64,000 nucleotides of DNA from Lytechinus pictus (lineage: Eukaryota): contig NC_087252.1 in assembly GCF_037042905.1 (NCBI RefSeq), positions 6,326,001 through 6,390,000 of the forward strand. Direction: 5' to 3'. Made by a program: the position numbers and the translations under genes. A model generated the notes under the pieces. The model ran no database searches. It was given only the letters and a program-made list of their open reading frames with translations, and was not told the origin of the DNA. Below are positions 26,500-39,554 of the stretch, one piece after another. The stretch's first letter is position 1. Each line of letters begins with the position of its first letter.

Positions 26500-27086
26500 C
26501 ATAATATTGACTTATGATAAGTAATTCAATATGCAATTTTGCCTGTATTTTTAAATTTTAAATGTTTTTTGTTTGGCCCATAGGTCAATTCCTGCCCTAA
26601 AATGGCAAGAATTTAGGGACTATTAAGATTAGTTCAATGTAAAACACACAAAAAGAGTTCCCAGTTGAAGGAAAAATTGAGATAGTGCCTTTTTTTTGCA
26701 AATGTCAATTCCCTCTACTGGTTTGCTATAATGAATGTATTTTTTATACTAGAGTAGGACATTCGAACCTGCACTATGCCTATATGTTGAACTTCTACAC
26801 TCCCTTAGTTTCGGACAAACAACAGATTCTATGTCAGTGTTGAGTTTGGAGTACAATCTAACAAAGTTCTTTACTTGCAGAGTAGGCCTGGGAGTAAACT
26901 CGAACGACCGTAGCATTTGATCAGTTTATCAACAATCAGCAACCGAACACTACTTTTTACACAAATCAAATGTTCGCCAGATGTTGATTACTGATATTAA
27001 GTTCTCCCTGTTTTTCCTAGCAAACAATGGTATGGCAAAAAAGGCTCATCATCACAGGTGAACTGCAGAGTACACTCTGTACATAC

Positions 27087-27183
27087 CTCTCCACCTGCAT
27101 TCTAATACACCATGTATAGGCTCCTCCATCTGACTGTGCATCTCAACATGACAGTAGAAGAAATCTGGATTGTTTGTCACAAA
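27087..27183 (-). CDS. HINFP: HINFP coding exon 3 (97 nt)
   Basis: FVTNNPDFFYCHVEMHSQMEEPIHGVLECRWR; AG at 27184-85, donor GTATGT at 27086; phase 0 to 1. Confidence 0.9.
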
Positions 27184-27537
27184 CTACAGTAGAGAAAGAA
27201 AATAAAATTGATGAAGTAATCTAATCTGAGAAAATGTGCCAGATAGAATGCAGCTCTCAAGGAGTTATGTTTTAAATGTTCGGTGCCGATTGGCATCAGA
27301 TTTACCCTTATGTGGCTGAGAGGGGGTGGGTGTTGATTCAGCCCCCATTCGATCAACATTTTTCATAAGAACAATAAAATGTATTTTAAAAAATACAATT
27401 TGACACCATTTTTTTTTTTCATTTACATACATTTGATCAGAATCACGCAAGGGCCTTATTTACAGATTTACAGCCAAATCCTAATTTCAAGCATAAATTA
27501 AGATAACAAATTCTTATAGAATAACATAAAATGATTT

Positions 27538-28606
27538 CCTGACTCAGTCCGTACTAGCAGGGAGAAGCTCTGGATGAGACGACTTCGCACCACCCAACCT
27601 CATGGGCTGAACATCCAAGAGGGGAACGACTGATTTTTCTTTCCTATCCACTTTCAATTTATATATACATATAATTTTTCCCCTCAGCTCTTTTGAATAG
27701 TTACATTATAGTTTCTTACTCTACTTTCCTCCCATATCTCATACAAGCTCAGCTCCAATTTTTCCTTCCTTATTCAGGCGATATAATAATTATTATATAT
27801 ATATATATATATATATATTTGTTTTTTCTCCACTCACCTCTTTTAGATTTACCACATTTGCTTATTTACATGTAAACTATGGTTTCTTCATAATACACCC
27901 CCTCTCTTCTATATTTGCTTTTACCTTTTTAGGCAATTTGCTTCCTCTTTTTCACATATACAGGTTTTTTTTCTTTCCTACTATATAGTCTTATGTTTTT
28001 TCCCGTCACACCTAGCGGATTACCATATCAGTTACACCATATGTGTATATATTTATATATTTTTTCATATACATTTCTTTTTTGGATATATTTATATACA
28101 TATCACTTATAGATACATATTTACACTTACCTTCTTCTCTTAGTTTGTTTTATGCTTTATCATATATACTTATATGTCTTTTGCACATTATCAGTTGTTC
28201 CCCATTCTTTTTCTTCTTTTTTTTCCCCCACTCTTATGCACCAGTTTATTAAGCCTTTCTTTGTAACCTGTTTGACCCACCTCTCACTAATTCTCTAGTT
28301 ATTCATCCCTCTATCACTGTTTTGTTCCAGATCCTGTTTGATGTTGCCTGCCTCATTATCTTAATCCCTCTTGGCCTTACTTGCACTAACTTCCCTTTGT
28401 GTCTGCCTACTCCTTTTCTTTCATCCCCTTCACTAACCTGATTGGTCTTCTCTACTCACTAATGCCCCTTTTGTCTCCTTGTTTCTAGTGTTGCTGTAGC
28501 TTGTTTGTGGTCTATATTATGGTTGTTCCACTTTATATGTTTGTCATTTTGCCTCCGACGAAGATTCTGCTAGGATCGAAAGCTTAGGCCCCTTTTTGAC
28601 TTTATA
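27538..28606 (+). mobile_element. 5'-truncated Penelope-like retroelement
   Basis: 27538-27633 encodes PDSVRTSREKLWMRRLRTTQPHGLNIQEGND*, matching the RE..W...L.T..P.GLN C-terminus of PLE GIY-YIG endonucleases. Hammerhead-like motif at the 3' end. 12-bp TSD ataaaatgattt at 27526-37 and 28607-18. Confidence 0.85.
28551..28589 (+). ncRNA. Minimal hammerhead ribozyme-like motif of the Penelope-like element
   Basis: gcct-CCGACGA-a-gattct/gct/aggatc-GAAA-gctt-aggc: stem I, a CUGANGA-like box, stem II, GAAA, and palindromic AGCU in place of stem III. Confidence 0.65.
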
Positions 28607-28910
28607 ATAAAATGATTTAGTGAAATTTCATATGAAACGCCTTAGAATATAATTCTCTACCATCATGGAAATTTTGTCACAATCACCCAGGCAATCCACA
28701 AACCATGTGACAAATCTAAAAATACCTCTGGACAAGTATTGGTTCAAAAAATCTTGCTCAGAAGGTACATTTCATGAACAGTAAACTTCAAACCTCTTTT
28801 GTCATTGAAATTGTGCTCCCCTGATTCAGCTAATTTTTTTATAAATTTTGACAGGTTATTAGAATTTTTAGATAATAATGGCTGGCTCGTGTTGGGCTTT
28901 GAGCTCTTAC

Positions 28911-29134
28911 CGTGCAGTCGTCCCAACTACATACAAAAGAACTTGGGACTTCAGGGATGATGTTTCTACTGTGGGGTTCCAGCTGACATGTTTCTATTTT
29001 GCACCGTTCTCTTTCTACAGTCCCAGCCCATTTGATCCGTGTATGGTAGCCATGGAATAACAGATGCCTGAGCAGAGCTCCCGATCCTTCGTTAGTCACG
29101 TATCCACAGTCATCCCACTGGCATTGGTAGTCAT
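28911..29134 (-). CDS. HINFP: HINFP coding exon 2 (224 nt)
   Basis: YQCQWDDCGY...LLRHLLFHGYHTRIKWAG...SRNIIPEVPSSFVCSWDDC; GT-AG flanks; phase 1 to 0. Confidence 0.93.
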
Positions 29135-29730
29135 CTAACATAAATGAGAGAAACAGTACTTAGTGATGATTTTAAAATAAATTCTGGTACCTGAACGACA
29201 GAAAACAAAACATTCACAGAATTGAACAAAACTTACAAGAATTATAAAAATTATAAATAAATGGTATCTGCCAAATGTTTATTTTTGGATCTAAATAAAA
29301 ATTCTAGCGAATGATTTATACTTAAGGATTGCTTCCAACCATTTCCTATCAAAAATTGTTTTCTATACTACAACTCAAACTTAGCTTTAAAAAATGAAGG
29401 AAAACAAACTTGACATGCATATTCTACAACACAAGGGAGAGGGGATTCTTTATGTCATATCAATTTGTATCTTTATGGAAGAAAAGTACCTGATCAAATA
29501 ATACCAATCATCAAAAATATTTCTGCCTTGTAATATTACCAAACCAAACTCTCAATAATTTTTTGAAATAATGCTTGTAATTTTTTAAAGCTTTCTCTTT
29601 GTCTTCCATGTCTGGGTACACTTCTATTCTATGATTTATCTACCGTTTACAAGCACATTATTACTCAAAATAACAGTCCTTCTTTCACAATTATATACTT
29701 TATATGCAATGATGGATGAACTATGATTAA

Positions 29731-30122
29731 AGATAAATTCCAGTTGTGGGAGAACGATCTCAAAATGACTTTTTACAGAATTTAATATAATGATCACCAA
29801 AGTGTCTGTATGAATAAAAAATATGTGCCAAAGGATTCTGGAAGAAATTGTGTAATTGCTGAGAAATAAGCAAAATAAGCGTGGATTCGGTCACTTCCGT
29901 CGGGTCTTTATTCCAGCAATAATAATACACTGTCCCACGTGTGCCTATCTGTGTTGGCGATCTTCAGTGTGATCGTTTTTTAGCTAGATATTATGATTTC
30001 ACAAAGTTCAGTTTATGTAACTGTACCAGATCTAGATCCACAATGATATATCAATACTTTATCTTGGTTTTACAGACTTTCTCACGAAATCAGTGTTTTA
30101 CTGCAACTACGTTCATTTAGCT
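29731..30122 (-). mobile_element. Kolobok-like MITE (same family as 15148-15532)
   Basis: TTAA at 29727-30 and 30123-26, AG..CT termini, shared internal sequence. Confidence 0.75.
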
Positions 30123-30560
30123 TTAATGCATATAGTTGGATTTACCTATTTTGTTGAATTTTTAAAAAGTACTAGTTATTTAATATTGCATTATTTCTTA
30201 TATCTGTTTCAAGTGTATAATTCTGGGCAATTCCATAAAATATGTACCTCCAACCCCCCATATGTGGGACCTTCATGAAATTTTTTGTCTCTGATTTCTT
30301 GGTCTTGGTCAGTTTACGAAGTGAAGTAGGACTTGAGAAAAGTAAAAAAAGGTTAATCATGGAATTGCCCTTCTGTATACTTTGGCAAGCCTTGTAATAA
30401 TTATGAATGCAAAAGAAATTGAAACAAATCTCATAAGAAATTCATTCAGCTGAAGCCGGGGTAAAATTAACATTATCATGTTAAGCAGTCTGGCCCGCTG
30501 GAACTTGGAAAAAAAAATATGGGAACGTGGGTAAATACATTATTATCATGACTGGCTTAC

Positions 30561-30744
30561 CAGTATCATCTATGTCGACATCAGCAAGACATTTCTCGAT
30601 GGATAGTGCACTAGCAATGAATTCTTCAGCATGGTTCATCAGATGTTCAGTGAAGGCTTGTGTAGTCTCTAACACTGAACTGCAACCATTCCATTCACAT
30701 TGTAGCTTCAATTGACGCCGCTGGTTTCTCGGTACGGGAGCCAT
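30561..30744 (-). CDS. HINFP: HINFP (histone H4 transcription factor / MIZF) coding exon 1 of 10; joined CDS 2088 nt = 695 aa
   Basis: MAPVPRNQRRQLKLQCEWNGCS...F.EHL..H matches the HINFP N-terminus. Donor G|GTAAGC at 30559-60; acceptor at 30767-68, upstream of the ATG. All ten exons join in frame. Confidence 0.92.
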
Positions 30745-31762
30745 TCTAACAAGGCCTCAATTACATCTGAATAAAATGAAAGACTCTTATTAGTTCTCAA
30801 GATTCAAGATCACCGTTTCATGTTAAAATCCAGCTCCCAAGGCAAGCAAATCACCCCCATTTGCAGAGCACAAGTCCTACATGTAACATTGTAGATTGTG
30901 CTACAATCTAGTTCTTATGCCCCTGATTGAGGACCACATGGTGTCTGAAGCCACACTGAAAAGTGTCAGCATAAAATAGGCTAATTTCAGGGTGGTGGCA
31001 TATTTTTTCAGGAAAAAAATATTTAAAATATTGATTGCAAAATAATAAATATTAACAATCAATATTCAAACTTTATTATTTAATAAATAATAATTTTAAT
31101 CTAAAATGGCACTTTGTAACATAGGTCATAGCTCATTGAAGCTACGTCATATCGAAGCGGTTCAAGGGTCAAGCCTATTGTATTTGTGGTGTTTAAGAAT
31201 AGATCGAGGGATCTACACAAGATTGGTCTGGTATTTGGTAAGAAACCTCTCATTTTTCATATTTATACTTATAGTATACTATTACTATACTAAGTAACAG
31301 CTTTTTCGCACCTTCATACACATTCATTGTCATTAATTAGGTGTATGGTCTATGGACTATGAAGGTGTAGACCCCTATAGATAAATAAAATCCAATCATA
31401 TAAGGTTTAGGAGTAGGATCAGGGTGGCTGTCGCGAAAGGAATTCTTTCCCATTAATGTAATAATTAATTATCATTTAGACTTCATGCCAGTCCATGAAA
31501 TGAATGAAATGCGCGGCATTGATGAGTACCCTCCCGATCCCGCCCGCTCCCCGGCCCCGCGGGCGTGGGCTTGACGCTCAACTCCAAGGATGCCAGCGGT
31601 GGCGCGAAATCGCGACAACACTACGAACACCCAAATCAATTTAAAACAAAGCCATAGATTATAAAATATAAAACCAAAAAGTGATGACGACGATAACAAC
31701 AACATTATTTACAACAAAAATCAAACAACCAAAGAAACGTAAAAATACAAGTAACTGCTTAC

Positions 31763-31860
31763 CTGAGCTGAGTGAAGGGATTTCCCTCTCTTGTTTCTTC
31801 ATTCATTCACGAGTGATATGAATGTCTTTCTTCGATCGATCGAATGAGGGCGACACTGCA
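31763..31860 (-). other. HINFP: Probable 5' non-coding exon 1 of HINFP (5' end approximate)
   Basis: Strong donor CAG|GTAAGC at 31761-62, CpG-containing context, and a TGACGTGA motif just upstream (~31873-80). Confidence 0.55.
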
Positions 31861-33048
31861 CTCGGGCTTTGGTGACGTGACTTATCTTGAGGTTTGCCCA
31901 TCATTTTATGCTAAGTTTGCTAGTTATAATTTCGTTGAAATTAAATCCAAGTTAGAGATCATATACTTTTTGTGGGAAAAGAAGATGGTATTTCCGATAT
32001 GAATTCATGAAATAATAAGTAGCTTTGAATGAGACTACATTAATTAATTGAAATAAATATTCATATCTGAATGGTACAATAGGAATGGGAAAGGGTATAT
32101 ATTTTGATTGACCCCCCCCCCACAATTTCTCTTGCTCAAACTGGTGACAGTTTGAACAAAATCTAACAAGCTGTTCACACAGGGCATTACATATTTATAA
32201 CTTTGAAAGTCAAAATCTCTCTTATTATCAGTGTTCATCAAACATTTAATATCTTTCCCTCTATTTTTTGCAAATATCTAAATTTGTCATCAGGGCAAGC
32301 CTACAACCTACAAATTTTGTAATTCTCTTGTTTCTTTCACCATGTTATATTTTCTTCTTTCACACAAATCACTTTAACACAATCCCTTTCATCTCAGCCC
32401 CCCCCCCCCTTCTTTGACAATAGGATTTTAATCCACTAGGTCTGCAAGCATGTGGTCTAATTCCCAGATCGTCTAATACCATCAGGGTAAAAATAACTTA
32501 GTCCACTGTCACTTTGGGTCTAATTGCCATTTGGTCTAGCCTTCACTTGGTCTAATATCCACTCAGTCTAATTCTCATTTAGTCTAATAACCAGATTGTC
32601 CCTTTTTTTTTCTTTGCCTACTTATTAATTTGCACTTAATTTGCAATTAACATATTGCTTTTTTTTAATTTATTTTAACAATCAAAATTCTCTTAATTGA
32701 ATTTCACTGTGTATCACATACCTTTGAAATCTCATGTAACTATATTCTTCAAATTTGCTTGATATCCAAAGTCTATAAATACCGATGACTATCTATGATT
32801 TTCAGGCTGAGGACGGGTTGATTTCCTTGAAATATGTTCCGTTCATTAAATTGTGATTTTCTATTATTTTTCTTTTAAAACTACAGTTTCCAAGTTAATT
32901 AATATCATGTTGTTCCTTTGGTAATTAAATTTGGTTCATAAATACATCATCTAATATCAACTGGGTGGTGTTAGACCAAGTCTATAATAGATGAAAATAT
33001 ATGTATAGGCTTACTGATAATTAGACAAAGTGGTATGGGCTAAAAAAC

Positions 33049-33358
33049 GGCCCGTATTCTGAAGTCTGGTTTATCTTAAACTCAGGTTTAAAGTTGTGGT
33101 TTAATTATGGCCAGCCAATTGTTACATAAATTACTAACGGTAGATATATCATATTTCAGCTCATTTGGCTCTCAAATCATTCATAATTGTCCAGGAAGTA
33201 TAAATAGATGATTGTCTTCACCATCGATGAATCAGGAAAAAGCACAGTAAACATAGGAAACATACAACTTAATAAAATTTTGATACTTTTGGCTTCCCAT
33301 ACTTACACCACAACTTTAAACCTGAGTTTAAGTTAAACCTGACTTCAGAATACGGGCC
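33049..33358. mobile_element. Harbinger-like MITE with ~50-bp TIRs
   Basis: ggcccgtattctgaagtc...aaactcaggtttaaagttgtgg and its reverse complement at the right end. Confidence 0.8.
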
Positions 33359-34326
33359 TTAAAGGTTTAAATGAACTTATAGTCAAACTAAAAATTATTT
33401 ATAGACCATGTATATATGAAGGGACAAAACGGAAAGTAGACAGAGTGCAGTATAGAGTAAACCATACAGGAATTTATCCAATACAACTACAATAAACGTA
33501 ATAAAAGCAATGGACACGGCTTTCATCCCAAATAAAAAGTTATATATTGCGTGTATTTTCAAAGCAATATTAAGTGAAACATACATCGACATTGTCACAA
33601 AATAAACCCAAAATACCATGCAAATGAGCAAAATTAATTATTGATCAAACAGGCTAAAGGATGTAGCCAATAGCAGAATTCATACAATTCATTTATAAAA
33701 CAAATGATGCACAGATTCAAGTTTGCAATGTCGTTGGTGATACAGGGATCTCGGCTATTCAGATTGGTGCCCTGTGCTTGTGGCACTAATGTAAATACCC
33801 TAAATTTTACTTTTTCGCCACTACACACTCCTCTATGCATAATAATTAGAACATATTGTGAAAAGGGCAGAGCCGAATTTCTGTTACCATTATCGTTATT
33901 GAATTTTATTATTTTTCACATGCATGTATACGGAATGAGGATGACATCTTCAAAAAATTAGATATACAAAATTTTGAGGTGGATTAATGTACCTCGGCTT
34001 TAATTTAAATACAGGCCTACAATTTTAACATAGCAAAATAATTTTTCATGCATTCAATTATAGATATTTAACATTCCATTTAATCAAAATGTCGTAATTC
34101 ATCCCTCTATTCTCATAAAATCTTCCCTACAATATCTTATAGATTAGTTTATTATCCATATTCCATAACATAATTTCTCATCAATTTGATATCATACAAG
34201 AGTGTCTATTCGTATACATAGACATACTTACTAAACTCCATCCTTATCATGTACACTTCACACACGTTTACCTATCCATGTTAGATTTTAATAAGTTATA
34301 CTCCACAAGGCCGAAGACCCTAGCTA

Positions 34327-34496
34327 GGTGTTTCATAAAGCTGTTTGTAAGTTACAAGCCACTTCACGCTCAACTGGTGATCCCTTCTTAAGTGCTAAAT
34401 CAACATCAATGAAAATTTGGTGTGTGTCCTTTACCACAAGAAAGGACCACCAGTCAATCATCAAGAAGTCACTTACAAACAGCTTTATGAAACACC
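34327..34496. mobile_element. Short MITE
   Basis: TIR ggtgtttcataaagctgtttgtaagt / acttacaaacagctttatgaaacacc. Confidence 0.75.
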
Positions 34497-35310
34497 CACT
34501 TGATACTTTGCTACATGTACCGTATATCATTCAAAGAAACAAGCTGGAGCACTAATATAAAAGATCAAGCTAGCAATTAACATCAACCAGTTTGAAAGAT
34601 TACCTTTGGTCAAAACAGTTATAAAATCCCAGAATACAATACATGTTTAAGTTTGAATCTTATTTTATCAGCCTACAGTGTAAGAAAGAGTGTCATGCAC
34701 TAAAAACTCAGTAATAACATAAACTTGTAAAGGCATGTTCAGATATGGCACAAAGAACTGTCAAAAAGAAACCACTAACATACTTTTGTGAAGAAAGTCA
34801 ATGAATACATATATAGGAGATAGGAAATAAATGTCACAGCAAAAAAAAAATTCTTGGAGGGGGGATGGGGCGGTGGCCTTGGACTCATAAATCTCTTCAA
34901 TTGGATATTCTTACAATTATTATTATATAATATTATTCAGTTCTGTTGTGCTTTAAAAAACATGCAAGGAAACATAATTGCCCCATATCTGAACAACCCT
35001 TTACACCGTTTTACTTCAGTTCAGCACTTGGAACTAATATCTGTGCTAATATACATACATACATATATATAGCTCTATAAAAATACATGTACAAGTATGA
35101 CTTTATTCTGAAATGATATACAAAAACTACATATAAAAATGTCCTCTAAACTTATGTCTCCTCAGCAGTTTGTATTGACAAAATCCCTTTCAATGAAAAT
35201 GGAATAATCCAATAGCATGCAAGGTGTTTTCAATGTTAAGAAGCCTGAAGCTGGGTGAATCCATCAAACACATTGAAGGGATGTTATGAAGCATTTGGTT
35301 GTGAGGGACC

Positions 35311-35329
35311 TCATGCACTGCCAAATGAT
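35311..35329 (-). CDS. RABAC1: Candidate alternative terminal coding exon of RABAC1 (adds SFGSA*)
   Basis: Acceptor catttgcAG at 35330-31 follows a long pyrimidine tract on the minus strand. It is in frame with the donor GT|GTAAGC at 36964-65. Confidence 0.45.
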
Positions 35330-36961
35330 CTGCAAATGAGTAGTGAGAGAAAAGAGAGAAGGAAAGAGGGAGATGAAGAGCCAGTGGGAGAGAGGAACAG
35401 AGAAACAGAGAGAGAGGTAGAGAAACAGAGTCAGAGAGAGACAGAGGGAGGGATAAATAGAGAGAATTTAGTAAAGAAAAAGCAGGGGGAATATAAAAGG
35501 AAGGAAAGACATTATTACCTTAGAATTCCATGAAGAAGGAATGGATTTTTTTTAAACATGCAATGATTAAAGGAATGTGACAAAATTTAATTGGCTAAAT
35601 AGAGCATGAGAAATTATTACTATAATGAAATCTACAATTTCTCTGTACAGTTGCAACACACACATATTTCTATAGCAAGCTGATTAATCAAAATAAATGG
35701 GTCACTTTAATTTACTGTTGGTGGTGGTGTTCAGTGTTTTGAGAGCATAGTGAGAAATGGAAATGGTTAAAGCAGGATATATAACATGATTATATGTAGG
35801 GGGTTTCATCAAGGTTTGCCGTCTCACAGATCGGACGACTTTTTTTATTTTAATTGGCTTGAGAAACACAGTTCATATTGTAACTGTCAGACAAAACAGA
35901 CTTCGTCGGATAAATAGATTTGACAAATTCATGAAATGCTCTGCTGGGCTTCAAAACACAAATTATTTTGATTGATTGCACTGGCTAAAATGAATGAGCA
36001 ATTAATCATGAAAATTGTTTGACTATTGACAGGATAGCTGTTATGGGACCCTTGGGTAAAGGCTTGGAAGAGATTAAGATCAATTTCAATAGAGTACCAA
36101 AGAGTGACATCATCAATTTCTTCTTTTTTGTTGTATTTTACCATTTTTAGTACCATATTTTGCTTGAGCATGATGAAACAACCCCACAACCCAAATTTGG
36201 TGGGAATCGGTCCACGGGGCCCCAAGATATGACCTCATGAATACATAATTAGCCCCAATGAGTTCAATGTATTATTGGCCTGGTTCTAAATGTTATGTTA
36301 TGAACCAGGCCAATGATACATTGATTTCAATGAAATGATATCAATCCATTAGACAATGCAATTAGTATTTTATCAATCATTTGCAAACAAAGGTAGAAGT
36401 TATTCATGCATGCAAAGGGTTTTACATGAAATTGGACTGCTATTCAATATGAACATTATCTAGATCATAATAGTTATTTTCACATATAACTAATAATTGC
36501 CAAGTAAGCCTATTCTCAAAATATATAAATTTACATGTTACATGATGTAAGGTTTGCTATCTTCTTCTAATTGTACAACATGATTAACATGAGCATAAAT
36601 ATCAGGAAAGCCATATTTGTTACTGTGTTGAATCACTGTGACTCTTATTACATTTCTAAATATAAGTATGTATACTGAAAAACATAATAAACATCAAATA
36701 ATAGAATTTCTAAGAACAAAATTAAATTCATAATGATCTTTAATTCAAAGAGGCACTTTGTAAAATTCATTTGATTCCATTCATTTGATACAAATAGTTG
36801 GCAAAAATAATATTTGAATCTTTAGGCAGTTAAAAGATATTTTGAATAAAGAAACATCTTAGCATCATTGAGTACACTATTGATAGCTCATAAGCTCTCA
36901 TGGGATTAATTTTTAACCCTGCATGTGATAGCAAGTGAGGTTTAAGTTGTCATGGGGATGC

Positions 36962-37047
36962 TTACACTTCTTCCATTTGTATATCATCTAGTTGATCTTG
37001 TGGGTTGTAGAAAACGGCATGTAGCATGATGAAAAAGAATGAGGCAC
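36962..37047 (-). CDS. RABAC1: RABAC1 coding exon 5 of 5
   Basis: GASFFFIMLHAVFYNPQDQLDDIQMEEV*, the PRA1 LHA motif, acidic tail and terminal Val. AG at 37048-49. Confidence 0.9.
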
Positions 37048-37897
37048 CTACAAACAGAACCAAAAAAATAAGACAGTATTATTACTTTGACTAAGAAATA
37101 ATATGTGACCTGCCACCCAGAACCAAAAATAAGTCAGTCATCGGGAAACGGTAAAACTCCAAAGTAGTAATTTGGTCTTCAACAAAGGGGATAAAAACAG
37201 AATATAAGCTTATATAAAAGAATATTTCTTTTCCTTCACGCTGTCAAAATTTGAAATTAAAAAGTAAGATGAAAGTTGGGATATGGGAGTTTTTTTTACA
37301 CCTCTTGTAAGTTTTACTGAGATTGCATTTCATTGTTTTCTCTTTATTCTCTGATTCTCTCAATGAACAGACCAGTTCAGAGTTACCTCATGGGCAATTT
37401 TGATCAAATTACCTTAAATTCTTTCATTATGATAGGCAGACTTCAAAGCAAGATATTATGTAAGCATTCCTATATACATAGCAGGATGCATATATTGCAT
37501 AGACCAGGTGATTAGAATAGCACACAAATGAACACTCTATGAAGGTTTTTGCTGCATTTCTACTTTGAATTCATTAGCATGTTGTTATATAACTTGGCCA
37601 ACTGTGAAATACTAGTCGCTAGTGGATGCAAACTCTTGTCTTGTAATCCTGTGTTGGCATTGACACAAAAGGAGAGAATTATCTATTTTGTTTTCATAGA
37701 TGATCTATTTGAAACAAAGAAAAGGAATTTGTGTTCGGTAATATTCTTTCATAAATGATTGGATCAAGTTTTTCTTTGAAGTAATATATTTTCTGATAGA
37801 TGACCTATCAGAATGAAGGAAAAGGACAGTTTCTCTTGTGGAGGCTTTTTTCACACTTTTTTTTTTTTGAAAGGGGGAATCTATGAGAATTACATAC

Positions 37898-37999
37898 CTA
37901 AAACCCAGAAGACTGCCGATCCAGCCCCCGCAAGGAAAAACAAGGGAATAGATAGGACTGCCACGGCACCATACTGCTGTACAAGAGTCAACTCATAAC
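37898..37999 (-). CDS. RABAC1: RABAC1 coding exon 4 (102 nt)
   Basis: YELTLVQQYGAVAVLSIPLFFLAGAGSAVFWVL; GT-AG flanks; phase 1 to 1. Confidence 0.94.
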
Positions 38000-38099
38000 C
38001 TGATCAAAATAAGATAATTGCAGTATATATATGTTAACATAATTCAGAATTCTGCACATGACCTAATATTTCTGATGTTCTTAGCAAACATACAATCGA

Positions 38100-38263
38100 G
38101 GCTCCGTTACACAAGGTTTGCAATCAATCGCTAAATACCAATGACCATTGACCAATCGTGATCATCGTTGCATGCGCACTCTGTTTAAAATATTGACTGG
38201 GAGCCAATGAGTGCGGTTCTTTCATATTTGCAATTCATCGCAAACCTTTGTGTTACGGAGCCC
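38100..38263. mobile_element. Short Harbinger-like MITE (related fragment at ~62815-62930)
   Basis: TIR ggctccgttacacaaggtttgc / gcaaacctttgtgttacggagccc. Confidence 0.65.
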
Positions 38264-38515
38264 AGAATTAAATTAAAAATATATTTTCTGATGGCTTGTT
38301 CAAAATTTTTGTATTAATTATGTATTTCCCTTCAACTAGTCACCTTGGTCAATATAATCCAAGGCACTTTTACAGTTGAGCTTTTGAAAGTTTTCATGTA
38401 AAAAAAAATGCACATAAATCTCTGACCTGTCCAAAATAAGGCACATCTTACAATAAAATATAGGCAATATTCACAGATAATATTTTCAAAGCAACAAATG
38501 AGGATCAAAACTCAC

Positions 38516-38613
38516 TTCCGATCTTGAGTCTTTTGCTCTGATTTTTGACATTGATCCAATAAAAGGCTCCAAAGATACCACCAAGAAAGATGATAAGCAT
38601 GGGTGATGTCATT
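38516..38613 (-). CDS. RABAC1: RABAC1 coding exon 3 (98 nt)
   Basis: IMTSPMLIIFLGGIFGAFYWINVKNQSKRLKIG; GT-AG flanks; phase 2 to 1. Confidence 0.92.
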
Positions 38614-38746
38614 CTGTATAATAAAAAAAAAGAGAAAGAAAATAATATCACAAATTACTATATAGACACAATTGGTTGATTTTAAACACATCAAGCAAGC
38701 AGTATACAGCAAAAGAAAGTGTTCAGGATACAGAAAAGACAATAAG

Positions 38747-39554
38747 TAGGGACAGTGATTTTCCATTTCAAAAAATTGCCTTTTCCGTTTCAGAAAATCT
38801 CAAATTCCGTTTCAGCATGTCAGAAAACGGAAATTCCGTTTCCCCATAGAATTTGTACACACGGAAAACTGACAATTCCGTTTACACATTGAATAGCAAA
38901 ATCACAACATGCACACTCACACTGGTCAAAATTAGTATCTGCTACTGTACCAACAACACAATAAAATCCGTTCTAATCGGATCTATGCGGGTGCATGAAA
39001 TATTTTTACACACCCATTTTGCATGTATACATCCTCACCTTTCATATTATTAGCATTATTTCACGGTGAAATGATATTTCATCGATAATTTGGGGGGTTT
39101 TTGGACATCGTTATCATCAATCAACGGCTTTTGCCAATCCGCCATCTTGGATTTTAAGACCACGATATCGTGCTGTTACATCTTCAAACGTAGAGGGCAG
39201 CAACACACGACCGTGTACATGTAGTTGAACGATATGTGTGCATGTGAAGCCCAACCCGGCCGGCCGGGTACGGGTACGGTGCGGGGTACAATCGAGTGTG
39301 CTGATGTCGAGTGCAGTCACGATGTGTGAATTGTCATTATAGTAGCGAAGTGAGATCGTGTTTTCTGGGGTTTTTGGGCCATTTAATATTCTCATTTTGT
39401 TGTGATTTTGGAGTAATTTCTGTTGCTATTCTGTGTATTTTGAGGGAAAATACGTTTTCCGTGATTTTCCGTTTGAAATGCCACTTTCCGTTTCAAAAGG
39501 CCCTTTCCGTGAATTCCGTCCGTTTTCCGCGATCGCGGAAAATCACTGTCCCTA
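38747..39554. mobile_element. hAT-like MITE with 6-bp TSD
   Basis: Perfect 18-bp TIR TAGGGACAGTGATTTTCC, aataag duplicated at 38741-46 and 39555-60, subterminal TTCCGT repeats. Confidence 0.85.
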
